DNA from: Leidyana gryllorum EB-2025a
Lineage: Eukaryota; Protista; Apicomplexa
Assembly: GCA_048772705.1 (NCBI GenBank)
Contig: JBLWGC010000159.1
Location: forward strand, 186,001 to 250,000
Direction: 5' to 3'
Length of the DNA: 64,000 nucleotides
Below, piece by piece: positions 1 to 13,628 of this stretch (position 1 is the stretch's first letter; each line of letters opens with the position of its first letter). The notes below the pieces were generated by a model that was not told where the DNA came from, searched no databases, and was given only the letters and a program-made list of their open reading frames with translations. The position numbers and the translations under genes are program-made.

Positions 1-1266
1 GTGTTGTTGGTGAAGGATCCGGGTACCATTCCCAAAGCTAAGGATCGGCGGCCAATGTTTGAGGTGAGCCTATTGACTTTGGGGACGGCACATATAGGAA
101 CGTGACATATTATTTTATCCCACATTACAGGAATTCCAGAAGAGAACAAATGACATAGACTTTGTCTGTAGATGGAGTGCTACTGAAGTGGATCCCAAAC
201 GGCAACCCAAATTTGCCGCGTGGTTGCGCAAAAAGGGGGTGAATGTGGAAGCTTTGGATTCTTCTAGCGATAGGATGGCTTTCATGGGCCGCCACAAAAA
301 TGCCTTGGCCCAAGTCGATCCCGCCAGGATATGCCCGACGTGTTGGATTTATAAGAACTTGCGGACAAAACATTGCAGGTGAGGATATATTTCTCACTTC
401 TTCTTCTTCATCGGTCTCAAATGATAGCGTCTGCAATGAATGTTGCGAACTCATGGATCATCACTGCCTATGGTTGAACAAGTGTGTGGGCAAACGAAAC
501 CATCGACTCTTCGTGACTTTTGTCGTGCTGAGTTTGATCGGACAAATCCATCAGGCGCTGATACTGGTGGTGGACATATTATTGTGGCTGGCGCACTTTA
601 GCAGAATGGTCGACCACCCAGTCGTCCACTCGCCAGGGCCGGGCACCACCTGGACGCTGACGTTTGTGATTCCCGCAGCTGCCTTCATCCACTTTGTCAC
701 CCACCGATGGGGCATGGCCTTAGTGTGGGCTCAAATGAAAGGCATAGTCGAAGGTGTTACCATTAATGAGTCGTTGTCAATGGCCAGATACTCGCACTTC
801 CTCTGCAAAGTGCCCTACACACACACAGCCGAGAAGCTGGCGGCGATCGAGAGCGCCTTGGAGGAGGAAGATGAGAGCGATGAAGCTGTCCAGACCGAAC
901 GCGACATCAGCAAGTCCGCACAGCAGCAAGAGTTCGTCGATGTCGAAGGCGCAGGCAAGGAACTTGTCGCAACAAACAAGGCCGACAACGGCGGCGAAGT
1001 CTGGGTGCGCCAGTTCATGCGCAACCCTTTCACCTTGAACAAAAGCGTGAGTGGTCACATACACAGTATCATACGTTATGTACATCACATTTTCTTTCAT
1101 ATAGGGATGGAGAAACTGTCTCGATTTTTGGCGCGGCACAGTTCCTGTGACGATGGATTGGGTGCAACTAGAGCGGTACGATGTACAGTTCCGAGAGAAC
1201 ATGGTGCGGAAGTTGCATGAAAGGGAGCGACGGCTTCTTGGGGAAGCCAAGGAGAAGAAGGAATAG
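1..1266 (+). CDS. DHHC palmitoyltransferase (5' part outside window, spliced)
   Basis: Removing introns 64-130, 379-427 and about 1047-1104 gives CPTC...[32 protein letters not shown], transmembrane segments and the C-terminal NPF...GWRNCLDFW motif; stop TAG at 1264-1266. Confidence 0.92.
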
Positions 1267-1272
1267 ATCACA

Positions 1273-1362
1273 GACTGATTGATTGATCGATCGATGGATC
1301 GAGAGAGAGAGATTGGAATTGAGAGATTGAGAGAGAGAGAGATACACTCAGACAGAGAGACA
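1273..1362. repeat. Compound microsatellite (GATT)n/(GATC)n/(GA)n between convergent genes
   Basis: ctgattgattgatcgatcgatggatcgagagagaga...gagagagagaga read directly. Confidence 0.85.
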
Positions 1363-1378
1363 AGCAACTGGAAAAATG

Positions 1379-3498
1379 CTAGGTTTTGCGGGGGGGAAGC
1401 TCCAGCAAACTAGCGTCTCGCTCCATCTGCCCACGCAACGAAACCACTTGATGCCTCAGCTTATCAATTTCCACGCGCAACCGACGCTCGCGCTTCGCCC
1501 TCTCCTCAGCATCACCTAATGTAGCGCAGAAAGCGTTAAATCTCGTTCTGGCACCCAGAATCACGTGAGGATCGAAGCCTCCTACGCTATTCCGCTCCAC
1601 CGGTGAGCTGTTGACAGAGGGGGTCGAGCCAAAATTCGGCGTTTGACGACGAGCGTCATACAAAGGACTGCCATGTCCTTGCAAAGACTCTTGCGATAGA
1701 TCGTCTGAATCAACAATCCGAGGCAATGTTGGCTTCTCTGGCGAACCGCTACTACTCGTACCCGAGCCCGTACCTGACCCGGACCCGGACTGCGCTCCCG
1801 AAGAAGAGGATCGCTGTGTGCCGGCCGCCTCATCTGAATCACTTCCGTTCGAGCTCGACGACGACCACGGATTGTAGCGAGCTTTGATGCGCGAGTATAC
1901 CTCAGCGATGGCTTGGGACGGCCGCACCTCTACTTGGATGGTGGCTTTGCGATGGGGCGAGACACTAATCGAGTGCGTGGTGGAAAGGTCCGTGCTGCTC
2001 GTGCCTTCGAGCTTGTTGTTTCCCCCGGTGGCGCCTTGCTCACCGCCTATAGAATCCGACTCGGATTGAGACCCGGAGGCCTTCGGCCTCACCAGTCTCT
2101 GTCCATGCGAGGAGTGCTCGCTACACACTGGTTTATGTTGACATCCTTCCTCTTCGAGCCAAGGCAAGGCCAAGGCCGTGCTGCTGCTCTCTCCGCCCGA
2201 GTGATGTTGAACTGCCTCACATATGTCGTCGCTCCCTGACTCCATAACTGACTCGATCGTCTCAGCCACCGCATTGGACGTGCTGGTCCCCGACTCAGCC
2301 GACTGTGGCCGCGAAGAAGACGCCGCCGAAGAAGCCTCTTCTTCCGAGGAGCCTTGGTGCGCCTCCCACATCGAGCTCTGGTGTCCCTCTGCATCCGCCG
2401 AAGTACATCGTCCATCTTTTGACAGTGGCGCGATCAACTCTGTCGTCTGCCGCGGCGTGGCTTCGGTCGTTGAGGCCGAAGTCATCGGAGGGCAGTCTCG
2501 GTCTGTAGTAGATATTACTTTTGTTCTCGACACAACAGTAGTCACTGAGGTCTTGCTCAGCGGCTCCGTGCTTGTAGTAGCTTGACTGCTTCCAGCTTTA
2601 TTGGCGGGAGTACTAATGACTTTGTCCCGTTCATCTTGTACATTGCTGCTGCTATTGGCAGGGGGTAAGTTTTGAGTCGACCCCTTTTCTCCTCGGGTTG
2701 AGGCAGCTGTAGAAGAATTCCCGGTCGATGAAGGTTGAGAATGGGAAGCTTGGAGAGCTGCCAACTGAGCTCGGAGAGCAATGACCTCTTCTAGAACACG
2801 TCGACGATCACTCTGCAGACTGCAAAATAGTGGCGACGGCCCCCTTGCCAAACTTACGTGGTGAATAACTGAACTAGAGGTCTTATTACCAGTTCCGCGT
2901 CCGATGTGTCCTGAAGCGGCTGATCGTGCAGCAGCACTGACTGAATCGAGTCCACTATCGCAGAAATCGTCTTTTGTGTCAGTTTGGCAGCACGAGCTTC
3001 AATTACTGCTTCCTCGATACTGGCATTCACCCGACTTGAACGGGATTGTGATCTATGGCGCACAGGTGTCTCTGGCTCGCGGCGATGATAGTTAGCCCGA
3101 TTGCGATGCCGATGGTATTTCGAAGGAGAAGAGTCTTCAGACATTTCTTCTGTTGTATCGGTCACTCTACGGACTCGACGACTGCAGTCAGACAGTGTGC
3201 AGTCGGTCTCGGACTCTGTGTACGAAGAGCAAGATGCGGAATCGGAGGTAGCAGTATCAGCACACCGGTGCCGAGCGGGTTCTTGACTTTGCGACGCGCG
3301 GCGTTGTCTTAGCGGAGACACTGGACAACAGAATCGGGGCACATAGTGAACGTCATCTGGAGGGAAGGGCCGAGGCATACTCTGGGCCGACTGTAAGAGC
3401 ATCCGGGACCGGTAGGCGGTAGGATCCTGTACGAAAGGGGCGTCCACGAAGGGCGCGACATCCTGGCGTCGTACGGAGTAAATCCGACGCCGTATCAT
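1379..3498 (-). CDS. Ser/Thr-rich low-complexity hypothetical protein with short coiled coils (2 exons)
   Basis: ORFs 2854-3498 and 1379-2851 can be joined by a minus-strand GTAAGT donor at 2857 and a CAG acceptor near 2813; start codon uncertain. Confidence 0.6.
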
Positions 3499-4129
3499 AG
3501 CGAATTCGAGCTATAGATCCCTGAATGATACACTGGTGGGTGTGCGCATAAGGTGCGCGTTCGTGTGTGTGCTGCAAGAGCTTCGGGCCAAGACTGGAAA
3601 AGCGCCGATGATACCCCTCTTAGTCCACATGACGAATCTGTTCATGATGGTGAGCAACAAAGATCTTCAGTTCGCTGTACTCCTGAGCAGGTGACCAATG
3701 AACAGCGAGCTGAGACTTGCTTGGATAGTGTGTGGGCCTACTTCATCAACCGTCGCAACCGCAATAGCAGCGCCGCGAGCCACGCTACGGTTGCCGACAA
3801 CAAAGCCACTTCCGCTCAATAAGAATTTGGTTCACTTCTTCCTGCCAGAAGTTGACGAGAGAAATGCTATGTGTATCGTCCTTTTCCAGTTAGCTAGTAG
3901 TTCAGAGGGTGGGAGGCTTGTGTCCACCTGCCACGGCCCTCCATAGACACTTGGGCACTGGTCTACATGTTGATGTCCCTGACGGTGCAAACTGTGCGCG
4001 GTCGGCGACGAGCGAAATAGAAGTGTTGGGCTATGGACTGAGGTGCGCATGATGGGTATAGGAGTATCGAAATAGCATTAGCATAGGCGGAGAGAATGCA
4101 GAGGCATCTAGATTTGCAAACATTTTGCA

Positions 4130-5002
4130 GTGATGTGGACCCTCCGGCCAGGAGAGCCGCTGAGGGCCCCCCCGTTAAGCTACCGAGCATGGATACCCCC
4201 GCCAGGACCCGGTGAACCGCTAATGTCTGGGTTACGGATATACCCCGAAACGGCTCGGCCGCGTCCATCGCCATTTGGGCCAGAAGGGTTGGCATCGAGG
4301 TTACCCGGAGCATATTCACCCGAGCCACCGCCGAAACGAGTCCTGATGCCAAGCTCAGAGGCGCCACCCTCACCACCACAGTCTCGTCCCGGGCGGTCGT
4401 TGGAGCCGACATTGCCCGCCAGTTTGTTTCGTCGTCAGTCAGGTCCCCGATTGGCTCCTCGCCCTCGCCTAACCGGGAAGCCCAATACCCCGCGCTCAGC
4501 AGCCCATGCGCGATCACATTCCGCAATGCCCGCGACCAAAGCCCAAGCCCCAGTGAGAGCCCGTAAACGTGACGCAGCCTCGCTTTCACCGGAGCAATCC
4601 CCAGTTCCCACACGGCGAGCACCACCTCCCGTCCCTTTGCTGCCCTTGAATCGGATAATGGCCCGACGGTCAGACACCTCTTCAAGCGGCGTGGAGAAAC
4701 AGCCACCAGTACCGCGCGGAACAACTGCCGCAGCCAGGGCCGCCCACTACAGCGCCGTCATGATTGATTCTCCCAAACAAGTCACTGAGATCATTTCGTA
4801 CTGTGTTCCCACCACGACTGAGTCCATTTCCATCTCGTCACCAGATGACGACTCAACAGAAACCCCCCGGGTGCTGCCATTGATGACCGTACAGCGGGTA
4901 GTGGTTATCGAGATGCTCGCCTTGCCAAAACGTCGACGGCACCGAGGCCGAAGGGCTGTTGTTGCTGCCAGCGAAGTTTCGGTTTTGCCACACAGACAGT
5001 GA
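4130..5002 (+). CDS. Pro/Arg/Ser-rich hypothetical protein or exon
   Basis: 290-codon ORF with biased composition (PGEPL twice), preceded by an acceptor-like ttttgcag; no recognisable domain. Confidence 0.4.
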   Translation: MMWTLRPGEPLRAPPLSYRAWIPPPGPGEPLMSGLRIYPETARPRPSPFGPEGLASRLPGAYSPEPPPKRVLMPSSEAPPSPPQSRPGRSLEPTLPASLFRRQSGPRLAPRPRLTGKPNTPRSAAHARSHSAMPATKAQAPVRARKRDAASLSPEQSPVPTRRAPPPVPLLPLNRIMARRSDTSSSGVEKQPPVPRGTTAAARAAHYSAVMIDSPKQVTEIISYCVPTTTESISISSPDDDSTETPRVLPLMTVQRVVVIEMLALPKRRRHRGRRAVVAASEVSVLPHRQ

Positions 5003-5031
5003 ACATTTGTGATGTGTTGTATACTTCTCGA

Positions 5032-7774
5032 ATGGGCAAATTAAACCGATGTGGGTGGGCACTGTGTCGCCGGCGCGAACCGGGTGCTTCTTCGAGTGAT
5101 GAGGTGGAGGAGTTCACTCGTCGGAAAGTCACCACTCCCCGCGCCCCCAGTACCCGCCCGAGCCCTCAACCTCAACAACGACAATCCTTTCTAACCCATT
5201 ACCTACACGACTTCACGCCATCCCGATACTTGCGTAGTAAAGCATTCGATAACGCGCGCGGAAAGCTGATAGACGCCGATGAGCTGCAGAACTGGTCAGT
5301 CAACATGGTGCGAATGCTGGTCGAAGGAACCTCGGCGGAAGTGTCCCAGAATCTACGAACGGCTATCCGACGTGGCGTTCCGGACTCCCTGAAGCGCTGG
5401 GTGCTCCAAGCTTCTCACGATTGTAAGGACTTTCTTCTCGCTCACCCAGGCTACGTGTCCAAGACTTACCACGCGGTTTTCGGAGTGAGCACCTGTGGTC
5501 GTCCCAGTGTTTAATTACTCAATCATTCGATCTGTCACAGTCAAAGGCGCCAGACTTCAGCGATGGTACTGTACCGACGTTTTCAACCGGTTTCCAAGGG
5601 ACGGAGAAAGAGCTACATGCCGTTGGAACGCCCTTACACGATAAAGTCGATGCTGCGGAGGCCCCGAGGCCATTCTTACACCGCGGCTACACGTCTCGTA
5701 ACAGTTTAGTGAGAAGTTGCTCGTGGAACAACATGAGCGACGTTCTTTCTACTCAAAACCCGGGAAGTCCGGCTCCACCCGCCACCATGCGTAATTCGGT
5801 CCTCCGCCGCCCCTCTCGAAGCTTCGAGGGAGGCTCTTGTAAGTCATCTGCTCCTCACTCAACTGCGACTGACTATCTGTAGGGACCCCACATGATCTGT
5901 TGTCTGGGGCGGCGGGATTGTCATATGGTGATTATCGCGAGAAACAGACGACGAAAGAAGTAAACAGGGGAACTACCTTGTTGCCGCCGGTGGCTTCTTC
6001 ACGGGCTCTGCACTCCTTGTTACATGCGTCGAGTGGTAACTTGAGTGGAGCACATACGCTCCATTCTGTCACGTACCTCGCGTCGCTGCTCAACACCGAA
6101 GGACAGACCCTCGCCAAGAAGATTCTCTGGACTATAAACTGGATCTATCCGGACTTGGATTTCGCACCCATCCTTCCCTCAGCTGTATGTTTGCTGTTGA
6201 TGTATTTGGAAGAAGATGAGGCCGTGGTCACCATTCTCAAACTACTGGAAGCCTCAAACGAGCTATTGAAAAACAATGCTCGACGCCCTTTCCTGACGTT
6301 CAGACGAAGCGAATTCGTCAGGTATCAATTCGACTTTCACTAACTGATCTCCTTCTCTAACTCTCGTAATCGCTCCCCCTCGCAGACTGGTGCACATGGC
6401 TATGGCGTTCTGTAAACGTACACTTCCAGCAATCTCGGACCGCATGGAGGAGTTGGGTGTCGACTTGGCGGCTTGGTTCGCTCGGGCTTTTGAAGATGGT
6501 TTCAGTAAACTGCTCCCTTTCGACGTGAGCCGCTCTCAATTCAATCAATCATCACTGTTGTCTCACTCTTACAGCTCTACCTACGCATTATGATACCTTT
6601 CTTCTACGGTGAGCTCCGAATTTGGACACTCAGACGTTGCCTTAACTCGACACAGAGGGAGCAAAGGTCTTCACACGTCATGCTCTGGCATTGTTGAAAA
6701 TGGCTGAAGAGCCCCTCTTGAATGCTTCGTCTCCCGAAGAGGCCAACTTTATCCTACTGTTCCGAGGTAGGAGACAAAAAGTCGGCAGGACACATTACTC
6801 TGTGTTCAGAATATAGAGACAGTGACGTTGATATGATGAATGATCTCACGAAGGTGAGATTGGAGGTCCCGGGTATCGGAATATGGGGTGACTGTGGTGC
6901 AGCTGGCTTTTCGGTTCCAGATCAGGTCCAACAATGAGCCCCTGTCAAAATTCTCCAGTCACGACATCCCTACCCCGTATTTAACACGAACGAGAGTACA
7001 AAAGCTGTACCGACCGCGGCTACAGCACCATTCCGCCATTGTTTCAGATGATATGGTAATGGCAGAATGTCACGCCTCATATCGAAACCCCAATACGCAG
7101 TGGGAGGTTATTTGGCGATGGGCCCCAGCAAATGTGCGAATCTTAGTGAGTGGAGGCGGTGGGTGAGTCGTCAGATGGCATACGCCCACAGGACCCCGAA
7201 CTTGTCTTCACCGCGAATAAGCACGGTCACAGTCTCAAAGCCTTGGCGCGGTACATCTGGGACGATATTGCACGGCCCATGATCTTCATGATGAAAACAG
7301 ATACTGACGAAGTGTTGGGAGGGTTCAGCCCTTACCCCTTTATCTGCTCGACTCATACGCCGCGTGAGTCTCGGGTACTGCTTGAATTGTGCCACTCGGC
7401 CTGTGCAGCAACTACGGACTTATCCGGATCTTTCGTATTCACTCTAAAGCCTCATATTTCTGTTTACCGCTACAGTGGAGCCACGCAAGGTATCATGGAC
7501 GTGAGCAACCTGAATGGTGTGACACCTGAATATTGACTTCCTAATCAATGCAGTTCTCTTTTGAACATCTCGCGTTCGGATTCCAAGAGTAAGTTTGCGT
7601 TGAGTGCTGCCGGTTATTGTGTTCTCGATCCACAGTCCGGCCATAATGATCGATGGCGACCTTCATTCTGGGCACAGTGGACCATCCAAGACTTTTTCCA
7701 GCCCAAGGTTGGTACTTAGTAACGAATTAGGGGACTTCCAAGTCCATCAATTCGAGATTTGGTTGCTCAGCTAG
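5032..7774 (+). CDS. Rab-GAP TBC + TLDc domain protein (TBC1D24-like), multi-exon
   Basis: LRTAIRRGVPDSLKRWV and ILWTINWIYPDLDFAPILPSAVCLLLMYL (TBC); LVFTANKHGHSL, VLGGFS and MIDGDLHSGHSGPSKTFSSPRL...FEIWLLS* (TLDc). The N-terminus MGKLNRC suggests acylation. Confidence 0.85.
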
Positions 7775-7835
7775 TCTTGCACCTCTTTTTTCTGGCTGAG
7801 GCTGTGCACCTTGTGGCTTTTTTTTCGGTGGGGTA

Positions 7836-9968
7836 ATGTCGGACTCTTTCCAAGAGAACGACAGTGAGGCTCCATGGTTAACACGCCTGCCCTGGGTCCC
7901 TCCCCTGACACTCGAGCAAAGTTCGCGAATATCCGTTAGCATTCCTCCGGCGACGGAGCGCTCTAACTCGGTACTCCTCCATTCTCATCTGAACCCGCTG
8001 AACCAGGACGAGAGTTCCAGCCTTGTTACTCGACGTCTAACGTATAGGAAGGAATGGGCAAGACAGGATATCTTAAGCGGAGCTGTGGTGCAAGATGGAG
8101 AGCCTCCGGGGCCTTCCGTGGTGTACTACGATGCTCTACGGGAGTATCAAGCTGACAATGACCGCGCCTGGCATATAGACTGGATGCGATTCGTGGCTAA
8201 CTGGTTAGTGGTTGCTGTCCATATGATCACCACAACCGACGACTTGCACCTCTGGTCGACAACTCCGGAAGCCCAGACAATGCGATCCTTCTTAGTCAAT
8301 CTGCTCCAAATTGGAATGCCAATCTTCTTCTATGCCTCCGGCAGAGCCTCAGCCTACGCAAGTGACCGCAATTGGCTCAAGTTTGGTCTCAAGAAGACTC
8401 GGAGACTGATGGTCCCATTGGCAGTTGGGTACTTTGTTGTGGTCGCCTCTGCCGCATTCATCTCCGAACCTTTCTACGTCTGCCGCAACACCTCCACCCC
8501 TGACGGAAAACCTGGCAACTTCTTTCCTTTCTATGTTTGGTTCGTCAAGAACTTTGGAGGTTGCGGCTTTGAATGGCTGTGGTTCTTGCCTTCCCTCTGG
8601 GCATTCGCTATCGGATGCTTCCCTTTTCAATTGTTTGTCAGCACGTATCAAGTTGTAATGTCGCCGGACTATTGCCTGTCAGATCGAGATCGAGCCACCA
8701 AGAGCGCACTCTTGCAGAAATACGCACCAGAGGGCCCGGCTAATGGCAGAGAGTACACTTTACGACAGAAGTGGAAGGCTCTTCAGAGAACAGTGTTCTT
8801 CTCGGGAGGATACAGTCTTTTGATCATTATCATTCTGTGGCTCTTCTGCAACCAAATTCTGGGAGCTCCCGCCGCTCACTGCGCTCTCTACGCGGTGCCA
8901 TTTTTCCTGGCAGCCCTCGTCCCGTGCGTCATCGCCCCCTACTGCCGAAGATTCAATATACGAGCGCCCCTGTTCGTATGGTTGCCGGTCGGTACACTCG
9001 TTATGGCATACTTCAAGGAAGATAGTGTGCTCTCAATTGCCCATCACGGATTCTTAAGCATCTTCATTGCTCGTCAAGGGGTCTCCATGGCTTTCTATGC
9101 TGCCTTCTATCTACAAGGTTTCATTGAACAGCGCTACATGTACGAGTGGGAAAAGTATGAGCGGCTTGCGATGAGCTGCGACGGCTGGCTCGTGATCAAC
9201 TATATACTCAGACCTTTCAAAGTTATCATTTGGGTTGCCCTCACTGCAAATGGAGTTCCGGGATTGTCCGCCTACTGGGCATACCTCTGGACTTACCCCG
9301 TCTACAATGAGTGAGTTATTCTTCGACCAGCCTTCTTCATGATTTTTAGGACTTATTCCTCGGTTTCTTACGTTGTTGGATCCTGGATAGGACTCCACCT
9401 ATGGGAACGTTTCATGATGATGTACTGTCGTTCATCATTCCATCCACGTTATCACAAGTGAGCGACCAGTACAATCCAACCACTGGATTTCACTCAATCT
9501 GTACAGGCATATCACACAATCCTCGATGGTCGTTTATGTGACACACGGACTCAGTCTGGCCATCATTGGCAGACTGTTGTTGTGGCCATTGAGATCACAC
9601 ATTAGGAAAATCAATGGTGTTGTCATTTTGTCAGCATTGGTGGTGCCTATGACGCTGCTCATCTATTTTCTTATCATCAGGTATGCGCCGATGAATCAGC
9701 TCATCATTACACTTTTGCACTCAGTATTCCGCCCCTGGCAGCCGCTTTCGGGCTCGAAGGAGGCAAGAATTGGGCTTGCAAAAATTGGTGTGGGCCATTC
9801 CGACGATTCAAAGCCTCCATGACTGCCAAGCGCGTTGAGGAACTCCAGAGGCCAGCTGTTATACCACCAGCGCTCAGCACTATCGTTGATGAGGTTTCCG
9901 ATGCGCAATCTCCGAGCACGTCAATAGCAATTCATGAAGCTAGCGAAGGAGGACTCGTGAAGACATAG
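7836..9968 (+). CDS. Acyltransferase-3 family (OpgC/MdoC-like) integral membrane protein
   Basis: HIDWMRFVANWLVVAVH, GMPIFFYASG, KKTRRLMVP and WLWFL motifs with many transmembrane helices; short 3' introns; last exon IPPLAAAFGL... ends TAG at 9966-9968. Confidence 0.8.
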
Positions 9969-9996
9969 TGCGACTATTCCAGCTCCTGTCGCACAC

Positions 9997-11153
9997 ATGC
10001 GTGTTGTCTGTGGTCTGGCAGTTGGAGTGCATCTAGTTGGTGCCGCTCGCTTGGGAAGCCCTTTACAGCTTCTATTGAGCCCAGACAGCAACCAACTCTC
10101 CACAAATGCACTCACACAAGCCCTTCAGGCCCTAGGAGTGGATAAAGAAGAAAGTACTGAAGAGGAGGACCATATGGAGTTGAGCAACCTGACTTTGGCC
10201 CAGCCATATGAATTGAAGCCACTACAGGTGCGAAGATTCTGTGCCGAGCAGAAATAAGGTTTTCTAGGCTTCCCTATATAATACAGCAGGCTTGCATGAG
10301 TATCCGTTCGATGATTCGCAACCTAGCTCTGCCGGTGACCTCAGCCAATTGAGTGAGCCACGATCGTACTTTTGGAGGTTTTACAAGCACTTCAGACATG
10401 ACTACCACCCGCGCTCCGTCTGGTACAACCAGTCTCAGTGATTCGCAGTTGATAGAGCAAGCGAACACTCAGCTGCGGCAACAACAAAGTTTGATGACGA
10501 ATATTCGTACAATTTTGCGAACGATGACCCAGCAGTTGTAAGGCTGAAGTGCTCGAGGTCCCCATCGATGAGAACTGCAGGTCAGCATTTGAGCAGGAGG
10601 CCAGGCGACGAAAAGAAGCCGAAGAAAGAAGGTTGAAAGCAGAAGCAGCCGGTTCAGCGGTGGAAATCAAAATGGCGGTTCCACGGAAGATTTCTGGCGC
10701 TGCTACCACCACTTCAGCAGGTGCGACTGGAACGTCGGGGTCAGAGGACAGGTCGCTGGAGGATTTATATGACGATCTTGATCCAAGCAATGCGAAGATG
10801 AAAGCCGAAGATTTTAGATCACCGAGTGAGCGTAGATATTTGGTACATAATAGTGATACCGAGTACAGTTCCAATCGTGATCGCCAAACCTGATGCACTC
10901 ACAACATTGGATAAAATTGCAGATGATATTCTCATCACACAACAGATGCGCTTCCTCTGGCAGATGGACCGAGTGAATCGCATGCTTCGAGGTGGCACCA
11001 ACAGTGAAGCTGTTCGTCGACAATTGGAGGTATGTTACTTTTGGGAACTGACATCGGACACCGACCGTGCAGACGATGCAAGACGCTACTCGAGCCCAAT
11101 TGCGTTACGTGGAAGCGGATGAGGAGGTTGCGGAGCTCGCAAACGCAGCTTGA
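9997..11153 (+). CDS. Hypothetical secreted coiled-coil protein (multi-exon)
   Basis: Hydrophobic N-terminus MRVVCGLAVGVHLVGA; small ORFs join through GT-AG introns (for example 10539-10580) to end ...ELANAA*. Confidence 0.55.
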
Positions 11154-11302
11154 TTGTGTGACGTCTTCGTGTCGGAAAACCGAGAGTCGGGACGTCGTCA
11201 GAGAAGGATCGCGTCGTCGAATGCGTCGTTGGATCTGATTGAACTCGCCGTCCATTTGCAGTCCAAGTTTACAAGTTTGGCACTAGGGCAGAAATTGCCA
11301 TA

Positions 11303-13532
11303 ATGCCCGCTGCCGCTCCCGAGACCCGGTCTGCGAACACGACTAGTAAAACTGCGCGAAGATCCCAAGCCGGAGCGAAGGTCACCGCCGGGAAGGTGTC
11401 GAATCGTGTGAAGCAAAGGGCCTCGCCTACCTCGAGTGGCTCTCAGACCAGTCGGAAACGCAGTGACGAGCGCAGTACGACAGCCAACAAACACTCTAAC
11501 GCCGCCGCCGTCTCAAGTTTCTCGCAACCTCCACCACCCGAGCTCTCAATTGCTGCTACACCCAAATCCACCATCAACTGGGTCCAACTCGCCCGAGATC
11601 TGTATGCCAAGTTCTGGGAGGGCCGTCTTCAAGGCGGGAGTGATACCGGAGGGCTAAAGGCCTGGTTAAATGAGGATGACGCTCCCGCCGGGGACGCCAA
11701 TGCTGCTCATGTAAGTTTGCAAGCCCGCGTGTATGTGATGGCTTCCATCTCATCTCCAGATGAAGTCTGTAAGATGAGATGGTGGATCTCTCGTACGCTG
11801 AGGTAAGACCACGAGGCTGCCTTCCCGATTGCACACACGGATCTCTGTGTGCTGCTCTGTCGGAAGGGGTGACCAGTGTCACCACGATCGCTCGATTGGT
11901 CTGTCTGAAGCGACGCAATGCATGAACTTTGCCAAATGATGGATGTGACTACTCATTCATACTTTTCCTGCAGATTCTCGAGGAGATTCTCAACGAGCAT
12001 CGACTCGTTCCGCCCAGTGGATCAACGGAGGTTTTACCTCCATCGTGCCCCTCTATCGGATCATTATTACATGAGGCTGGCATATGCAAGCCGTGTGTCT
12101 TCGCGAACAAGAATGCGAAGACTTGTCGCAATGACAGATCATGCTTCTTCTGCCATCGACCGCACAGAGAGCGTCGCAAGAAGCGGAATAGCTTCAACAG
12201 TGCATCAGTGCATCAATCAGGAGCGGTAACAGAGCGCGGCGGAACCAACATCTCACGACCTTTACGTCACCTCGACAAAGAGTAAGTAGCTTTCTATTTG
12301 TTTGCTCTGCATTATCGGTTTCTTTCAGAATGGACTGGCGTCAGTCCGTCCGCGGTCCAAGCGGATCATCATCGATACGACCCTTATGGATGTCGCCTCG
12401 ACGCAACGAGGATAGCTCAACTGCGGCTTCTACTTGTCGTATGGAATCACACGCGGGGAATTGCCATGCCCATCCCCCTCCCTCGATTTCGTCGTCTACA
12501 GCTACTATGAATAATGGTGGTGGTAACGGAGGATCAATCAATATAGCATCGCCAGCGGCTGCTAGTGCATCAACCCGTGGATCGCCGCCTCATTCATGGA
12601 GGAAATCTCCCCGTGTCAGCGAGCATAGTCCAAGAGAGACTTCAGCAGTTCGGTCTCACACTCAACAGCATGGCAAAACAAGTTTCGCCTTGCACCCGCC
12701 CCCGCAAGTAACACGGCACCACGCTGCCCTAACCAGGAGTCCGCCGACGACGAACTCACCAGCTGCGTCCCTTACTCATCACCGTCCTCATTTTGCCAAT
12801 ACCTACACCACCGCTACTAGTCCTCCCAGCCATCAATCGTCTTCTTCTGTCCTTCCTCCCCCGACACTATTTGGTCTATCCCAAATTCCGCAGCAGCAGC
12901 ATCTGCATACTACTCGCACGCCACCACCTTCCTCTCGTTTTGATGAAGCTACTAGTATGCTGTCGCCGCCACTGGGCACCCCGCCGATGAACGAGGAGTT
13001 GCTTCACTCATTGCTCTTTCTCCAGCAGCAATGCCAGGCGTTGAGTACCCCTCGTGCCCCTCCCGTTGGGGCGAGCATTCGTCAACCCTATCACTGCTCT
13101 TCCGCTTCAGGATCAGTCGGAGGTCGGGGTTGCGTGTCGCCGCGGATATTGGAGAGCACCGCAGCTTGCGTAGATATGCATCTATGCGGCAGTGGCCCTC
13201 CAACAGGTGGCGTCGGTGGGAGTGGCGGTGGCTTGATGCGCGAGCTGATGTCTTCGAGTGGATCGGCATCGCCTCCGGCACCGCCTCCGACAACAACAGC
13301 AGGCACGAGTTCTGGTGGGTGGTTGTCGACCTGGGGTGCCCAGAGCGAAGTATGCAACAACGAGACTGGCTTAGATGAAGGCTGGTGGGAGCAAGAGATG
13401 ATGGGGTCGTTAATATCGACCCTCTTGGTGTCCCCAAGCTCTCAGTCACCCGAAGCAATACCTGCATTACCCGCAAATGGTAACGATGAACAGTCGTTAC
13501 TTGTCCAGATGCTTCACTATGCAGCCCAGTGA
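11303..13532 (+). CDS. CCCH-like zinc-finger protein with long disordered Ser/Pro-rich regions
   Basis: Exon 11303-11710 joins in phase 0 to 11974, giving PSIGSLLHEAGICKPCVFANKNAKTCRNDRSCFFCHRPH; last exon from about 12329 to 13532. Confidence 0.7.
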
Positions 13533-13628
13533 TTGAGACATTTTGAGCCTGATAGAAAAAGGGGTGTCTTGGTGGGAGGCCACTCCCAGGTCCTGAAGGT
13601 TATTTTTGGGGGGATTGTCATCCCAATC

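Noticed and set aside
3963-4724. 253-aa minus-strand ORF
   Set aside because: It overlaps the compositionally biased + ORF, lacks an ATG start and is probably a shadow frame.
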